Below are positions 1 to 9,771 of a DNA stretch of 64,000 bases, piece by piece (position 1 is the stretch's first letter; every line of letters begins with the position of its first letter). The stretch is taken from contig JBGUJZ010000029.1 in NCBI GenBank assembly GCA_045114175.1, positions 24,223 to 88,222 on the forward strand, given 5' to 3'. The position numbers and the translations under genes are program-made. Source of the stretch: Bacteroidales bacterium. GTDB lineage: Bacteria; Bacteroidota; Bacteroidia; Bacteroidales; UBA932. The notes under the pieces were generated by a model. That model searched no databases and had not been told where the DNA came from. It worked only from the letters and a program-made list of their open reading frames with translations.

Positions 1-730
1 GGTTCTCTTCAGGAGTAGCGCCTACGTGGAACTCCGGGGTGAAGTTGTTGGCGTAGGAAGGATGCTGGTAAGAGAGGCGGAATCCCACGTCGCTGACCGG
101 CACACCGGCGTAAGCGGCCGCATAGCGATCCGGATAGTGCAGGATGTTCATCAAGGCGATCATGCCGCCGTGGCTCCAGCCGACGATACCCACGCGCGTG
201 GAATCGACAATCGAGTAGTTGCGGACCATATAATCGCGAGCCGTCAAGACGTCTTCGTTCTCCAGTCCGCCGTAGTCGATGGCTTCATAGAAAGACTTTC
301 CGTAGCCGGTACTACCGCGATAATCCGGCGCCACGACAATATAGCCCTGCGCCAGCAGTTCCCGGACAATATGGGTGGAGCCGGAAGAGAAGTTCGCGTG
401 GACGCCGCCGTGCGGCATCACCACCAGCGGATACTTCTTATTCTGTTTGGTTTTCTTCGGGAAGAAAATATAGCTGTAGAACTTGTTGGGGATTCCGCGG
501 AGCGAATCCTGGAAGGCGCACTCGGGAACCCGTTTCTGGTAATGCTTCGGCGGACCTGCCAGACGGACGATATCGATGATGGCCACGTCGGAGAGGCGTT
601 CGAAAATCAGCAGCGCCTCCGTTTTCCGGTCCTGCTGCTGGAACTCATGTTTCTGGGCGGAAAGCGGGAGATTGCCCAGAATCAGCAGGACAAATGCTGC
701 CAGAATAGTTCTTGTCAGAATCTGTTTCAT
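1..730 (-). CDS. Secreted alpha/beta hydrolase, S9 prolyl-oligopeptidase/esterase-like; start is present, 3' end runs off the window
   Basis: Absent from the ORF track because it is open at the window edge. Reverse-strand translation from the ATG at 730 gives MKQILTRTILAAFVLLILGNLPLSAQ (signal peptide), then VVMPHGGVH and the nucleophile elbow GWSHGG. Its ATG overlaps the stop of the upstream MFS gene (ATGA). Confidence 0.7.
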   Translation of the reverse strand, partial: MKQILTRTILAAFVLLILGNLPLSAQKHEFQQQDRKTEALLIFERLSDVAIIDIVRLAGPPKHYQKRVPECAFQDSLRGIPNKFYSYIFFPKKTKQNKKYPLVVMPHGGVHANFSSGSTHIVRELLAQGYIVVAPDYRGSTGYGKSFYEAIDYGGLENEDVLTARDYMVRNYSIVDSTRVGIVGWSHGGMIALMNILHYPDRYAAAYAGVPVSDVGFRLSYQHPSYANNFTPEFHVGATPEEN

Positions 731-2160
731 AGGGTTTGTTGTTTGTCGTATTTTCTGCAAATATACGCACTATAGAAGAGAATTACCATGAACGCGATAG
801 CCGGAATCCAATAAGCCGTGGCAATACTGCCCGACTGGTCGGAAACGATACCCTCGATCTGGGTCAGAACGGCTGCACCCGCGATGGCCATGACCATACC
901 TGCGCCGCCAAGTTTCATATCATCTCCCAAGCCTCTGGTACCCAGGCCATAAATGGTAGGGAACATCAGCGACATGCAGCCGGAGATGGCAATCAGGCAA
1001 TAGATGCCGAACGCGCCGTGGCCATAGATGACACCCAGCGTGCAGGCAACAGCCAGCAGCGAGATGGCTGCCAACAGCTTGCGAGGCTTGATGTACTTCA
1101 TCAGGAAGGTGCAGACAAAACGCATGAGCACGAAGAGAACGAGCGAGAGGATGTAATAGGTAGCACCCGCCTGCTCTGCCGTGCGCGGCAGCAGTGCATC
1201 GATTCCCAGCCAGGAACAGAAGGCATAGAAACCGGATCCCAACGGCTCGACCCCGCGCAGGGCATCGATAATCTGGGATGAGGTTGCCTCCGGACCCAAC
1301 GAAGCGATGACTCCGTCGAAGTCGAGGGTATGCATCGCATAGCGGATGACATACGACCAGACAGCAATCTGTGCACCCACATAAAAGAACTGTGCTACAA
1401 CGCCCCAGACATAATTCCGGTTACGGAGCAAACGGCGCGACGAGCCCTTGAAGTCGAGCGCGCCCTCCTCTTTGATGGCTGGCATGCGGGTAAGGGCAAT
1501 GGCCAGCAGCAGCACGGCCATCACGATACCCAGAATCACATAGGCCTTGGTCACGGCATTCAACTCACCGGCCTGAATGATGGAGAGATCTGCCTCCGAC
1601 AGGGAAGCGCGCTCCGAGGCCGACATCGTATTGAGCTGCGAGAGGATGAAAACCTGCGAGACGACGACGCCCGTGATGGCCCCGAAGGGGTTGAACGACT
1701 GGGCGAAATTCAATCGCCTGGTGGCTGTCTCTTCAGGACCTATCGCGCATACGAACGAATTGGTGGATGTTTCCAGAATGGAGAGTCCCGCAAAAAGGAT
1801 AAAGAGTGCGAGCAGGTAGATGAAAAAGCCCACATCTGCATTACCGGCGGAAATCTTCATGGCCGGATAGAAGAGCAGGGCTCCCAGCGCATAGACGCCG
1901 AGGCCCAGCATCACACCGGATTTGTAGGTATGCTTCGTGATAAAGATGGCGCCCGGGATGGCAAAACAGCCGTAGCCAAGCAGATAGCAAACCACCTGGA
2001 TCCACGCCGTCTTGGCATCGGAAAGGCTCATGATCCGCTTGAAGGCGGCCAGCATCGTGTCGGTCATATTGTTGGGGACAGCCCACGCAAAGAAGAGGAC
2101 TGTCAGCAAGGCGAATGGCCAGACGATACCTTTGGGAATGGTTCTTACGTTGTTACTCAT
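727..2160 (-). CDS. MFS sugar:H+ symporter, L-fucose permease (FucP)-like
   Basis: 477-aa polytopic membrane protein. N-terminus FALLTVLFFAWAVPNNMTDTMLAAFKRIMSLSD resembles the FucP/glucose-galactose MFS family. It overlaps the upstream gene by 8 nt (ATGAGTAA). Confidence 0.8.
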   Translation of the reverse strand: MSNNVRTIPKGIVWPFALLTVLFFAWAVPNNMTDTMLAAFKRIMSLSDAKTAWIQVVCYLLGYGCFAIPGAIFITKHTYKSGVMLGLGVYALGALLFYPAMKISAGNADVGFFIYLLALFILFAGLSILETSTNSFVCAIGPEETATRRLNFAQSFNPFGAITGVVVSQVFILSQLNTMSASERASLSEADLSIIQAGELNAVTKAYVILGIVMAVLLLAIALTRMPAIKEEGALDFKGSSRRLLRNRNYVWGVVAQFFYVGAQIAVWSYVIRYAMHTLDFDGVIASLGPEATSSQIIDALRGVEPLGSGFYAFCSWLGIDALLPRTAEQAGATYYILSLVLFVLMRFVCTFLMKYIKPRKLLAAISLLAVACTLGVIYGHGAFGIYCLIAISGCMSLMFPTIYGLGTRGLGDDMKLGGAGMVMAIAGAAVLTQIEGIVSDQSGSIATAYWIPAIAFMVILFYSAYICRKYDKQQTL

Positions 2161-3382
2161 GATCCGGATTGAATTGACGGATAATGCGAGACAGATCGGC
2201 GCCGAACACAGCCTTTACGATTGCGGCAAGGTCAGCCTCCTCCCCTTCAAAATGGAGCGTGTACTGCGTATGGGTCAGCGACTCGCCGGGGGCAAGTTCC
2301 GCACCGGGAGACGAAGTCTCGATTTCGTAGAACGGGCCCTGGACATAGCCGGTCTCGGTGGGACCGTCGTTGTAGGAGTTGATGACATCTCCACAGAAAG
2401 GATCATCCTGCGGGCCCCATTGGCCATTCACGTAACGATGCGTGCCTTCGGGAACCGTATATTTCAGGATGGTGAGCATCTTGCGGGCAAAGTCGTAGCT
2501 GCCGCAGATATCGCGGGCACTCCCGGCGGGAAGACCTATCTTGGAGCGGCACTTTCCATCAATCTTGAAATAGATCATGCCATCTTCTGCAACGAGGCGG
2601 TCAGCGGGCACTTTCCCAAAATACATATCGTTGACCACCTTTCCCGGATACTCTTTGTTGTAAGGGATAAAAACGGTGGTTGTGGGCGTGGGATTGAAGG
2701 TTCCAAGCAGCCAGACGGAAGGCAGACCCGTTTCCGGAGTCCATGCCTCAGCACCTTGGTTGGTAAGCGTATTGTCCGTCTTATAACCGAGCGCCTTCAC
2801 GCCGGCGGGAATCTCCGCGCCGAGCAAATCGCCCAGTGAAGCGCGATCTACCAGGCTCACTTTGCGTCGGATGCCGATCGAGAAGAGATTGCCGGAAGCA
2901 TTCTTCAGCTCGGTATCCTTCACGAAGGTAACCTGACTCTTGTCGCGAGACTCTACGGCAAAAGGCTCCGTATCGATAACGGGCGGAACCACCCAGTTCT
3001 CGTAAACCTGTTCCTTACCCTTTTCAAAATAGTAGGAGAAGGGGCCGCCTTCCGGACCGATCCAGAACCGTTCTTCACCGCCGTAAGGGTTGAAGAAGGT
3101 GCTGACTTCGCCAGCCTCGATGAATTTGTAATTAATCCAGCCGTAGCTTGACCCGTCCTTTCCGGCCGTCGTGGAGGTCATCACGCGGCCCTGGTAGGCG
3201 GGAACCAGCAGCAGGCGGGACGCTCCGCCGTCGCCGACGAGTTCAAGCGTCTCTATCCCCTGCTTCTCGAAAAACGCAAGGTCGTATCCGTAGGTGCCCA
3301 TAGTCTGATTGTTACGCCCGTTCCCGCAGCCCGAAACCATCAGCGCGAGAACGGCAATTATAAAAATATCCTTCAGTCTCAT
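2153..3382 (-). CDS. Lipoprotein of unknown function, partner of the GH172 gene
   Basis: 409 aa with lipoprotein signal MRLKDIFIIAVLALMVSGC. I recognise no catalytic motif. It is coupled to the genes on both sides. Confidence 0.65.
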   Translation of the reverse strand: MRLKDIFIIAVLALMVSGCGNGRNNQTMGTYGYDLAFFEKQGIETLELVGDGGASRLLLVPAYQGRVMTSTTAGKDGSSYGWINYKFIEAGEVSTFFNPYGGEERFWIGPEGGPFSYYFEKGKEQVYENWVVPPVIDTEPFAVESRDKSQVTFVKDTELKNASGNLFSIGIRRKVSLVDRASLGDLLGAEIPAGVKALGYKTDNTLTNQGAEAWTPETGLPSVWLLGTFNPTPTTTVFIPYNKEYPGKVVNDMYFGKVPADRLVAEDGMIYFKIDGKCRSKIGLPAGSARDICGSYDFARKMLTILKYTVPEGTHRYVNGQWGPQDDPFCGDVINSYNDGPTETGYVQGPFYEIETSSPGAELAPGESLTHTQYTLHFEGEEADLAAIVKAVFGADLSRIIRQFNPDHE

Positions 3383-3390
3383 GTCGTTCG

Positions 3391-4560
3391 CTATCTGATT
3401 TCAAGATCATCCCGGGAAGGGAAAGGAGGGAAGGGTGCGTGCGGTTCCGTCTGGTACCAGAAAGCGGTGGTGGCAATCTCGGAATGCTGCGGCAGATAAC
3501 GGCCGTCGCCCCACCAGCCCAGATCCTGGAAGGTGATCCGCAGATCCTTCTTGAACCGGATGGGATCCTGGATGTGCCAGCGATACATGCTGAAGCGCTC
3601 CTGCGTAACTTTGCGGCCATCCGGCATATAGAGCAGGAAGCCGCTGTAAGGGGTGACGAACGGAACATATTTTCCGTTGATGTCAAAGCAGTAGGCACCG
3701 CAGAAATAGTCTTCCAGACCGGTCGTGCAGATGGTCGGGAACTTGGCGTCGCCATCAATGAAGAATTTGGCCTCGCCTTCGCCCCACCAGCCGTCGTTGT
3801 GGACACCCAGCGCCATGTACATACCTACGTAATGCCCCTTGCCCTTCACGCCGTCGAGCACGGTGAAGTCGGATGTTTCATTGTAGCGCGTATGGCGGAA
3901 CTGTGCGTGGAAGTACGCAGCGTCTTTCGGAATCTTGGTCAGCGTATAGTTGATCTGATAATAGACGGTGGCGCGGTTGGCCGGATCGATATTCTCGATG
4001 GTGATGCGGGCTTTTTTCCGGAAGGGCATCGGCCAGTAGCTGTTGAATCCGCCCCGCGTATTGACGCAGATGGCCAGCGAGGAGATCTGTGAATACTGGT
4101 TCCAGCCCATGCAGAAGAAGTCTGCCAGCGGGCACTCTACGGAAGGGGTCTCCTCGTTGTCCCAGTAGATACGGAGAATAAGCCAGCGCCAGACCACTTT
4201 GGAGGTGGTGAACCACATGTGCTGGATGGCACCGGGACCGTCGATTTCGGCCAGCGTAAAAGTCTTGCCCGGTTCGATACGGATCATCGGATTCACTTTC
4301 CAGCCCTGTCCGAGCTCACGGGCCGCCTTGGAGGCGTTGTTGACATTGAGCTTGAGCGGATCCGAGGGAACGGCCATGCCGCCCTTTCCCTTCTCGCCGG
4401 TGTAATTCTCGGCGGAAATCGAGCGGGACTCGGCATTGGAGAGCATATACAGGTTACCAAGGCCCATCTGTAGGCCGTCGTATCCCTCCTGCGCGGCGGC
4501 TGAAAGGCCCAAGGAGAGCAGCACTGCCGCGAAGAGAAGAAGCATTCGGGTAGTTTTCAT
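3391..4560 (-). CDS. DUF2961 / glycoside hydrolase family 172-like protein
   Basis: Motifs DGPGAIQHMWFT and LRIYWDNEETPSVECPLADFFCMGW are typical of DUF2961 (GH172). I trimmed the track ORF (3391..4659) to the internal ATG at 4560, which begins the signal peptide MKTTRMLLLFAAVLLSLGLSAAAQ. Confidence 0.75.
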   Translation of the reverse strand: MKTTRMLLLFAAVLLSLGLSAAAQEGYDGLQMGLGNLYMLSNAESRSISAENYTGEKGKGGMAVPSDPLKLNVNNASKAARELGQGWKVNPMIRIEPGKTFTLAEIDGPGAIQHMWFTTSKVVWRWLILRIYWDNEETPSVECPLADFFCMGWNQYSQISSLAICVNTRGGFNSYWPMPFRKKARITIENIDPANRATVYYQINYTLTKIPKDAAYFHAQFRHTRYNETSDFTVLDGVKGKGHYVGMYMALGVHNDGWWGEGEAKFFIDGDAKFPTICTTGLEDYFCGAYCFDINGKYVPFVTPYSGFLLYMPDGRKVTQERFSMYRWHIQDPIRFKKDLRITFQDLGWWGDGRYLPQHSEIATTAFWYQTEPHAPFPPFPSRDDLEIR

Positions 4561-4607
4561 TGTTTGAATGGGTTGAATGTAAGGGGAAGCACGGTGACTT
4601 CCGCTAC

Positions 4608-4615
4608 CAAAGTTA
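4608..4615 (-). promoter_or_regulatory. Candidate Bacteroidota -7 promoter box (TAACTTTG) upstream of the GH172 gene
   Basis: Perfect TAnnTTTG on the minus strand in the 107-nt gap between SusD and GH172, about 48 nt before the ATG at 4560. Confidence 0.4.
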
Positions 4616-4667
4616 AACTTTTTCTTGAATAATTCCAAGGGTATCAGGGAACTTGGCATAATTTGCC

Positions 4668-6524
4668 TCAGTCTGCCAGGGTGGTCCAGCCGAGATTCTG
4701 GACAAGTTCATGGTTCTGATGCTTGTCTATTTCGGTCTGGTCGATCGGGAAGAGATAGTGCTTCGGGGAGACAAACACTCTCTTTTCCACCTCGATACGC
4801 TGGTAGAAAGCAGGATCGTTGAGCGAGGTTCCGGCATAAATATTCATCGAGTGGATGGGAACGCCCTGGGTCTCCGGGCCGTTCAGCCAGCGCCTGGTAT
4901 CGAAGAAACGGTGCACTTCAAAAGCCAGCTCGATCCGGCGCTCGTGCTTGATCTTGTCTCGCATCTCATCCTTGCTCAAACCGGCAGGAAGGTCAGGAAG
5001 GCCGGCGCGGTTACGGATGGCGTTGACATACGGATAAGCGTTGGTCGGCCCCTCGGATTCATTGATTGCCTCGGCGGCATTCAGATAAATCTCGCCCAGA
5101 CGAATGTAAACCCACATCTGAAGAGGAGTGTACCCCTTGGGGATGCTCGTAGGATTGTGATGCTTGCGCAGGAGATAACCGGTCTTGCAGTAGTCGGACC
5201 CGGCGTGGTTCTTGCCGTCGATGCCGGTAAACCAGAATTCGTTGTAGTGAGGCTGGGTCCATTTGGATGCTTTCGTCGTTTTCCAGAGCTGGCCACAGTA
5301 GTTGATGGTGGCATAAAAACGAGGCTCACGGTTCACGTACATATTGGACACCCCGGCAGGCCAGCGGTTCATGCCGGAATCGTCGGCCGTCGCCACAAAC
5401 CCGGTCTCCGTATATCCGGAAGAGGGATTGATGATCGGATTGAGTCCGTCACCGGTATATCCGGTGATGGGCGTGGAACCGTCCGCCATCTCGTATGCGT
5501 CCACCATTTCCTGCGTGGGATCGAAGATGGCATAACAACCGAAAGAAATCGGATCCGAACACAGCAGACTGTGCCTGTAGGTCCCGATATTCTTGGCCCA
5601 CAGAATCTCCTCATTCCAGTTGTCAAGGAAGATATCCTGGTAGTTCTTTACCGGGTCGGCGGGAAGAGACTTCTGATACAGTCCGTAGCCGGCAGCTTCC
5701 GCCGTCTGGATACATTCTCTGGCTGCATTGGCGGCCCTGACCCATTTTTGGGGATCATACGTCTGCGGAATCAGGTTTGAACCGTCGATAGGGTCCTTGA
5801 GATCTGCGAACAGGGGGTCTCCGTTGTACAGCGGAGAGGCCAGGTAGAGCAGCGCTCTGGATTTGAGGCCGAGGGCGGACAGACGCGTAGCCCGGCCGGT
5901 TTCCGTGCTGGGCCAGCGGTCCATGTCGGACAGATACCAGGCGGCGCTGTCACAGTCGTTGCAAATGAAGTTGACGACGTCATCCACATTGGAGCGGCGG
6001 ATGGCGAGCATGTCTTCATTCGGATCCAACGAATGGTCTACCAGGGGAACGGGGCCGTAAGCGCGGAAAACCAGGAAAAGGTACCATGCGCGCAGGAAGT
6101 AGGCTTCGCCCTTCCAGTGTTGGATTTCAACCGCCTCCGTCGGACAGGCGTCCACATTTTCAAGAAACATATTGACCTTCCGGAGCGCCATGTAAGACTG
6201 GGGCCATATCGTGGTACGGCTGATGTCGGTGGGATTCCAGCCTCCGTTGTTGATCTGATGACCGTACGCTTTGCCGTAGGTACATTCCATCTCGTCGCAA
6301 CCGGCCGTATACGGGTTTCTGTAACTGCCGCCGTCATCTGCCATATTGCCCTCGTTAGGCGTCCAGGAGTAAACATGTGTCAGGTACTTCTTGGTGTATT
6401 CGCGGTTGGCGAATACATCCGGAATGGTCAGGACCTCATCCGGAGACATGTCCAGATAGTCGCTGCAGGAGGCTCCGCAAAAGAGGAGAGCTGCAAAAGA
6501 GAGTATGCTGATTATCTTTTTCAT
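4668..6524 (-). CDS. SusD/RagB-family nutrient-binding outer-membrane lipoprotein (PUL1)
   Basis: 618 aa. Lipoprotein signal MKKIISILSFAALLFCGASCSDYLD is a typical SusD N-terminus. The gene lies directly downstream of a SusC-like gene. Confidence 0.9.
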   Translation of the reverse strand: MKKIISILSFAALLFCGASCSDYLDMSPDEVLTIPDVFANREYTKKYLTHVYSWTPNEGNMADDGGSYRNPYTAGCDEMECTYGKAYGHQINNGGWNPTDISRTTIWPQSYMALRKVNMFLENVDACPTEAVEIQHWKGEAYFLRAWYLFLVFRAYGPVPLVDHSLDPNEDMLAIRRSNVDDVVNFICNDCDSAAWYLSDMDRWPSTETGRATRLSALGLKSRALLYLASPLYNGDPLFADLKDPIDGSNLIPQTYDPQKWVRAANAARECIQTAEAAGYGLYQKSLPADPVKNYQDIFLDNWNEEILWAKNIGTYRHSLLCSDPISFGCYAIFDPTQEMVDAYEMADGSTPITGYTGDGLNPIINPSSGYTETGFVATADDSGMNRWPAGVSNMYVNREPRFYATINYCGQLWKTTKASKWTQPHYNEFWFTGIDGKNHAGSDYCKTGYLLRKHHNPTSIPKGYTPLQMWVYIRLGEIYLNAAEAINESEGPTNAYPYVNAIRNRAGLPDLPAGLSKDEMRDKIKHERRIELAFEVHRFFDTRRWLNGPETQGVPIHSMNIYAGTSLNDPAFYQRIEVEKRVFVSPKHYLFPIDQTEIDKHQNHELVQNLGWTTLAD

Positions 6525-6536
6525 ATCTGTTCGTTG

Positions 6537-9500
6537 TTAGAAACCAAGTTGTAATCCGAGAGAGATACCGCGCTGCGTAGGATAGGTTGCGGAACCCAGG
6601 TTGTTGGATTCGGGATCCATGATCTTCAGCTTGTCCAGGCAGAAGAGATTGTTCCCGTTCATGAAAATGCGCATGGACTGGGCGCCGATTCTCGAATAGT
6701 ACTTCCGGGAGAAGTTGTAGCCAATCTCGGCAGTCTTCAGTTTCAGGTAAGAGGCATCCCGCTGGTAGAGCGTATTGGTCGTGTAGTTGTTCGAAGAGGT
6801 TCCGTTATGCACGACGGGATACTTGGCATTCGTATTGTCTGCGCCGGGGATAAAACGGTTGTCATAGTACTCACGCAGCACGTTGTAACTGGGGTAATCC
6901 AGGGCGAAGGGCCACATGGAACTGGAGCCGAGGTAGATGTAGCACAAGGCGGCTCCGGTGAAATTCAGGGACAGGTCGAAACCTTTCCATGCGAAGGTCA
7001 ATCCGAATCCGTACATCAGTTCAGGGGTGCGATGACCGATCCACTCGCGGTCATACGCATTGATGTATCCGTCTTTATTGGTATCCTTGTACTTGATGTC
7101 GCCTACGGTATAAGAGCCCAGTTCCTGGACGGGACTGTTGTCAATATCGTCCTGGCTCTCGAAAAAGCCGATGGCCGTGTAGCCCAGCCAGCCGCCCGAG
7201 GAATTGCCGCGGGAGTTCTGGTAATCGAAAAGCGCATAGGCCGTGTCATCTTCCACAATCTTGTTGCGGGCATACGTGAAGTTGCCCCGTATGGAGTAAT
7301 GGAGGCCGCCGGACGTGGTATCGGAATACTCGATCTGTCCGTCGACGCCCTGATTGGTCATGATACCGATGTTTGCCCACGGAGTCGTACTCGAAGTGGC
7401 GCCCATGATATCAGGAATGGTCTTTCGCTGCAGAAGGATGCGGTCGCGATACTCGTAGAAGTAATCGGCGCTGACACGGAATTTGCGGTGGAAGAGTTCT
7501 ACGTCGATACCCACGTCCGTCTTCCGGGAGACCTCCCAGGTGGCGGTTGGCGATCCCATCTGTTCCTCCGACATACCGCCGAAAGAGTTCTGCGAGTCAC
7601 CGAAGTAATAACCGTTTGCGCTCTTGTTCACGGTCGACAGGTAGAAGAAGCGGCTGCCGCCGACGTCATCGTTTCCCACCATTCCGTAGGAACCGCGGAT
7701 CTTCAGGTGATCCACCCAGGCGACGTTCCACCACTCCTCAAGCGTCGGCACCCAGCCTGCGGACCATGCGGGGAAGAATCCGTAGCGGTGACCGCGGGCG
7801 AAGTTCTCGGAACCGTTGTATCCGAAGTTGAAGTCGAAGAGGTACTTCTGCTTGTAGTTGTATTGGATGCGGCCCGCCCAGCCCTGATGACGGTGGGGAA
7901 GGTTGGCCGTGGAACTGTCTGCGGTAAGATTCTGGTAGTCGCGACGGTTGAACATCGCCAGGGCACTGATGCTGTGACTGTTGAAAGAACGGTTGTAGTT
8001 GAGTTTCAGATCGGTGTAGTAGGCCCTGTTGGATGAATTGTGGGCGATTTCATAGCCCATCGCGGTTTCCTCCTTGATGACGGTGTAGCGGTCTTCCCCG
8101 GTGGTAGTGTCAGGGCCGAGATACTTCTTGATTTCGGGGACCTTGTGCCGGGTAACCTCATTGTAGTAGTAATGGTCATAGGAGAAATTGCCTTCGAGCT
8201 GAAGGCCGGGGGTGATGAAATACAGGTCCCACTTGGCGCCGAAGGTGCCCTGTGTCGTGGAACGGAACTGCCTGGAGAAGCCGCTGTTGGTCACCAGCAC
8301 GTAGGGACTCACCTGCTCGTAGGAGGTATTGCCGCCGCCGAAAGAACCGTCCGGGTTGCGGAGGGGGTACGCAATCGGGGATATGACGCGCATGGAATTG
8401 AAGATGCTTCCGGAGGAAGTGCCGGGGTAGGTCCTGTTCTGGGTGATCTCCGCGAGACCGAGAGACAGGGAGAGACTCTTCGTCAGATTGATATCCACGT
8501 TGGAGCGGAAGTTGTAGCGCTGCGACAGGGAGTTGGTCCTGTAGTTGTAGCTGGGGTCCTCCTTGAATAGACCGCTCTGTGAAGTGAAGCCCACGCTGAT
8601 GTAGTAACGGACCGTTTCGTTGCCGCCCCTCACGGAAAGGGTATTGATGCTCTGGAAGGCATTCTTCTTCAAAACCTCGTCGGTCCAGTTGACGTTTGGA
8701 TACCGGTAGGGATCGGAGCCGTCGCGGAACTTCTGGATCTCCTCGTCGGACCACGGAATGGCAACTCCGCCCACCGTGCAGGCCTCATTCATGAGGGTTG
8801 CGAATTCCCAGCCTTCAATGTAGTTGGGGAAGCGGAGTCCCTGCAGGTTGGTCTGCTCGGTCCGGAAGGTCACCTTGGGCTTTCCAGCCTGGCCTTTCTT
8901 GGTCGTGATGAGCACGACTCCGTTTGCTCCGCGCATACCGTAGACAGCGGTTGCGGAGGCGTCTTTCAAGATGGAGAAGGATTCGATTTCCTCCGTATTG
9001 ATGAGATTGATGTCACGTTCCACGCCGTCCACGAGGATAAGCGGGGAAGCAGATTCCCAGGTACCCCGGCCACGGATGAGGAGTGTGGCTCCGTCATATC
9101 CCGGTTCGCCGCTGCCCTGACGGGTAATGATGCCGGGCAAGACGCCGCCGATTGCATTGGACAACGAAGGGACGGCGCTCTGGGTCAGCACTTTCGTGTC
9201 GACAGTGGAGAGCGAGCCGGTAATGGTCGCCTTTTTCTGGGTACCATAGCCGATGACGACGGCATCCTCAAGGGATTCCACCTCAAGTTCGAGGACGACA
9301 TTGATGACGGCACGGTTGGCCACATCCACGGATGCGGTCTTGTAACCGACTGCAGAAAATGTCAGGACGCCCTTGGGATCATTGATGGTGATGGAGTAAT
9401 CACCGTTCATATCGGTAATGGTACCGATGTTGGAGGCCTTTAACTGGACACCGACGGCGATAACCGGCTCCTTAGTGTCGGCTGCGGTGACTTTACCTTT

Positions 9501-9599
9501 GACCTGGAAGGTCTTGGTGCCCTGTGCGGACAACCCTGCAGGGCAGACCAGAAAGATCAGCGCGGCCAGCGTTACGGTCAGTTCGCAGATTCTTTTCAT
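6537..9599 (-). CDS. SusC-family TonB-dependent outer-membrane transporter (PUL1)
   Basis: 1020 aa. Signal peptide, then a carboxypeptidase-regulatory-like N-domain (KGKVTAADTKEPVIAVGVQLK...DMNGDYSI), a plug region (VVIGYGTQKK) and a C-terminal aromatic residue (LQLGF). Confidence 0.92.
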   Translation of the reverse strand: MKRICELTVTLAALIFLVCPAGLSAQGTKTFQVKGKVTAADTKEPVIAVGVQLKASNIGTITDMNGDYSITINDPKGVLTFSAVGYKTASVDVANRAVINVVLELEVESLEDAVVIGYGTQKKATITGSLSTVDTKVLTQSAVPSLSNAIGGVLPGIITRQGSGEPGYDGATLLIRGRGTWESASPLILVDGVERDINLINTEEIESFSILKDASATAVYGMRGANGVVLITTKKGQAGKPKVTFRTEQTNLQGLRFPNYIEGWEFATLMNEACTVGGVAIPWSDEEIQKFRDGSDPYRYPNVNWTDEVLKKNAFQSINTLSVRGGNETVRYYISVGFTSQSGLFKEDPSYNYRTNSLSQRYNFRSNVDINLTKSLSLSLGLAEITQNRTYPGTSSGSIFNSMRVISPIAYPLRNPDGSFGGGNTSYEQVSPYVLVTNSGFSRQFRSTTQGTFGAKWDLYFITPGLQLEGNFSYDHYYYNEVTRHKVPEIKKYLGPDTTTGEDRYTVIKEETAMGYEIAHNSSNRAYYTDLKLNYNRSFNSHSISALAMFNRRDYQNLTADSSTANLPHRHQGWAGRIQYNYKQKYLFDFNFGYNGSENFARGHRYGFFPAWSAGWVPTLEEWWNVAWVDHLKIRGSYGMVGNDDVGGSRFFYLSTVNKSANGYYFGDSQNSFGGMSEEQMGSPTATWEVSRKTDVGIDVELFHRKFRVSADYFYEYRDRILLQRKTIPDIMGATSSTTPWANIGIMTNQGVDGQIEYSDTTSGGLHYSIRGNFTYARNKIVEDDTAYALFDYQNSRGNSSGGWLGYTAIGFFESQDDIDNSPVQELGSYTVGDIKYKDTNKDGYINAYDREWIGHRTPELMYGFGLTFAWKGFDLSLNFTGAALCYIYLGSSSMWPFALDYPSYNVLREYYDNRFIPGADNTNAKYPVVHNGTSSNNYTTNTLYQRDASYLKLKTAEIGYNFSRKYYSRIGAQSMRIFMNGNNLFCLDKLKIMDPESNNLGSATYPTQRGISLGLQLGF

Positions 9600-9727
9600 A
9601 TTGAAGTGTGATGATTCATCCCTTCCGCAGGTTAAATCGATTTAGCATCGGCGCACGAAAAAATGGCTGCAGCGGCAGGGAGTTAAGTTCAGGTAGAGTA
9701 ACGATAAGATGGCTATGCCTCATAGGA

Positions 9728-9758
9728 ACAAAAGGGTCCGGACGGACCGCCCGGACCC
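9728..9758 (-). terminator. Rho-independent terminator after the last PUL2 gene
   Basis: On the minus strand, GGGTCCGG-N8-CCGGACCC is followed by TTTTGTT, 14 nt after the stop at 9772. It separates PUL2 from the PUL1 susC. Confidence 0.55.
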
Positions 9759-9771
9759 CTGTTGTTTGCAG

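Noticed and set aside
26-775. 249-aa + strand ORF at the window start
   Set aside because: It is an antisense shadow of the minus-strand S9-like hydrolase (1..730), which has a signal peptide and a GxSxG motif. The + strand product is Arg/Val/His-rich with no motifs and starts at GTG.
736-2172. + strand ORFs 736..1281 and 1330..2172 (181 and 280 aa)
   Set aside because: They are antisense to the MFS transporter gene. Their composition is typical of GC-rich antisense frames, with no TM segments or motifs.
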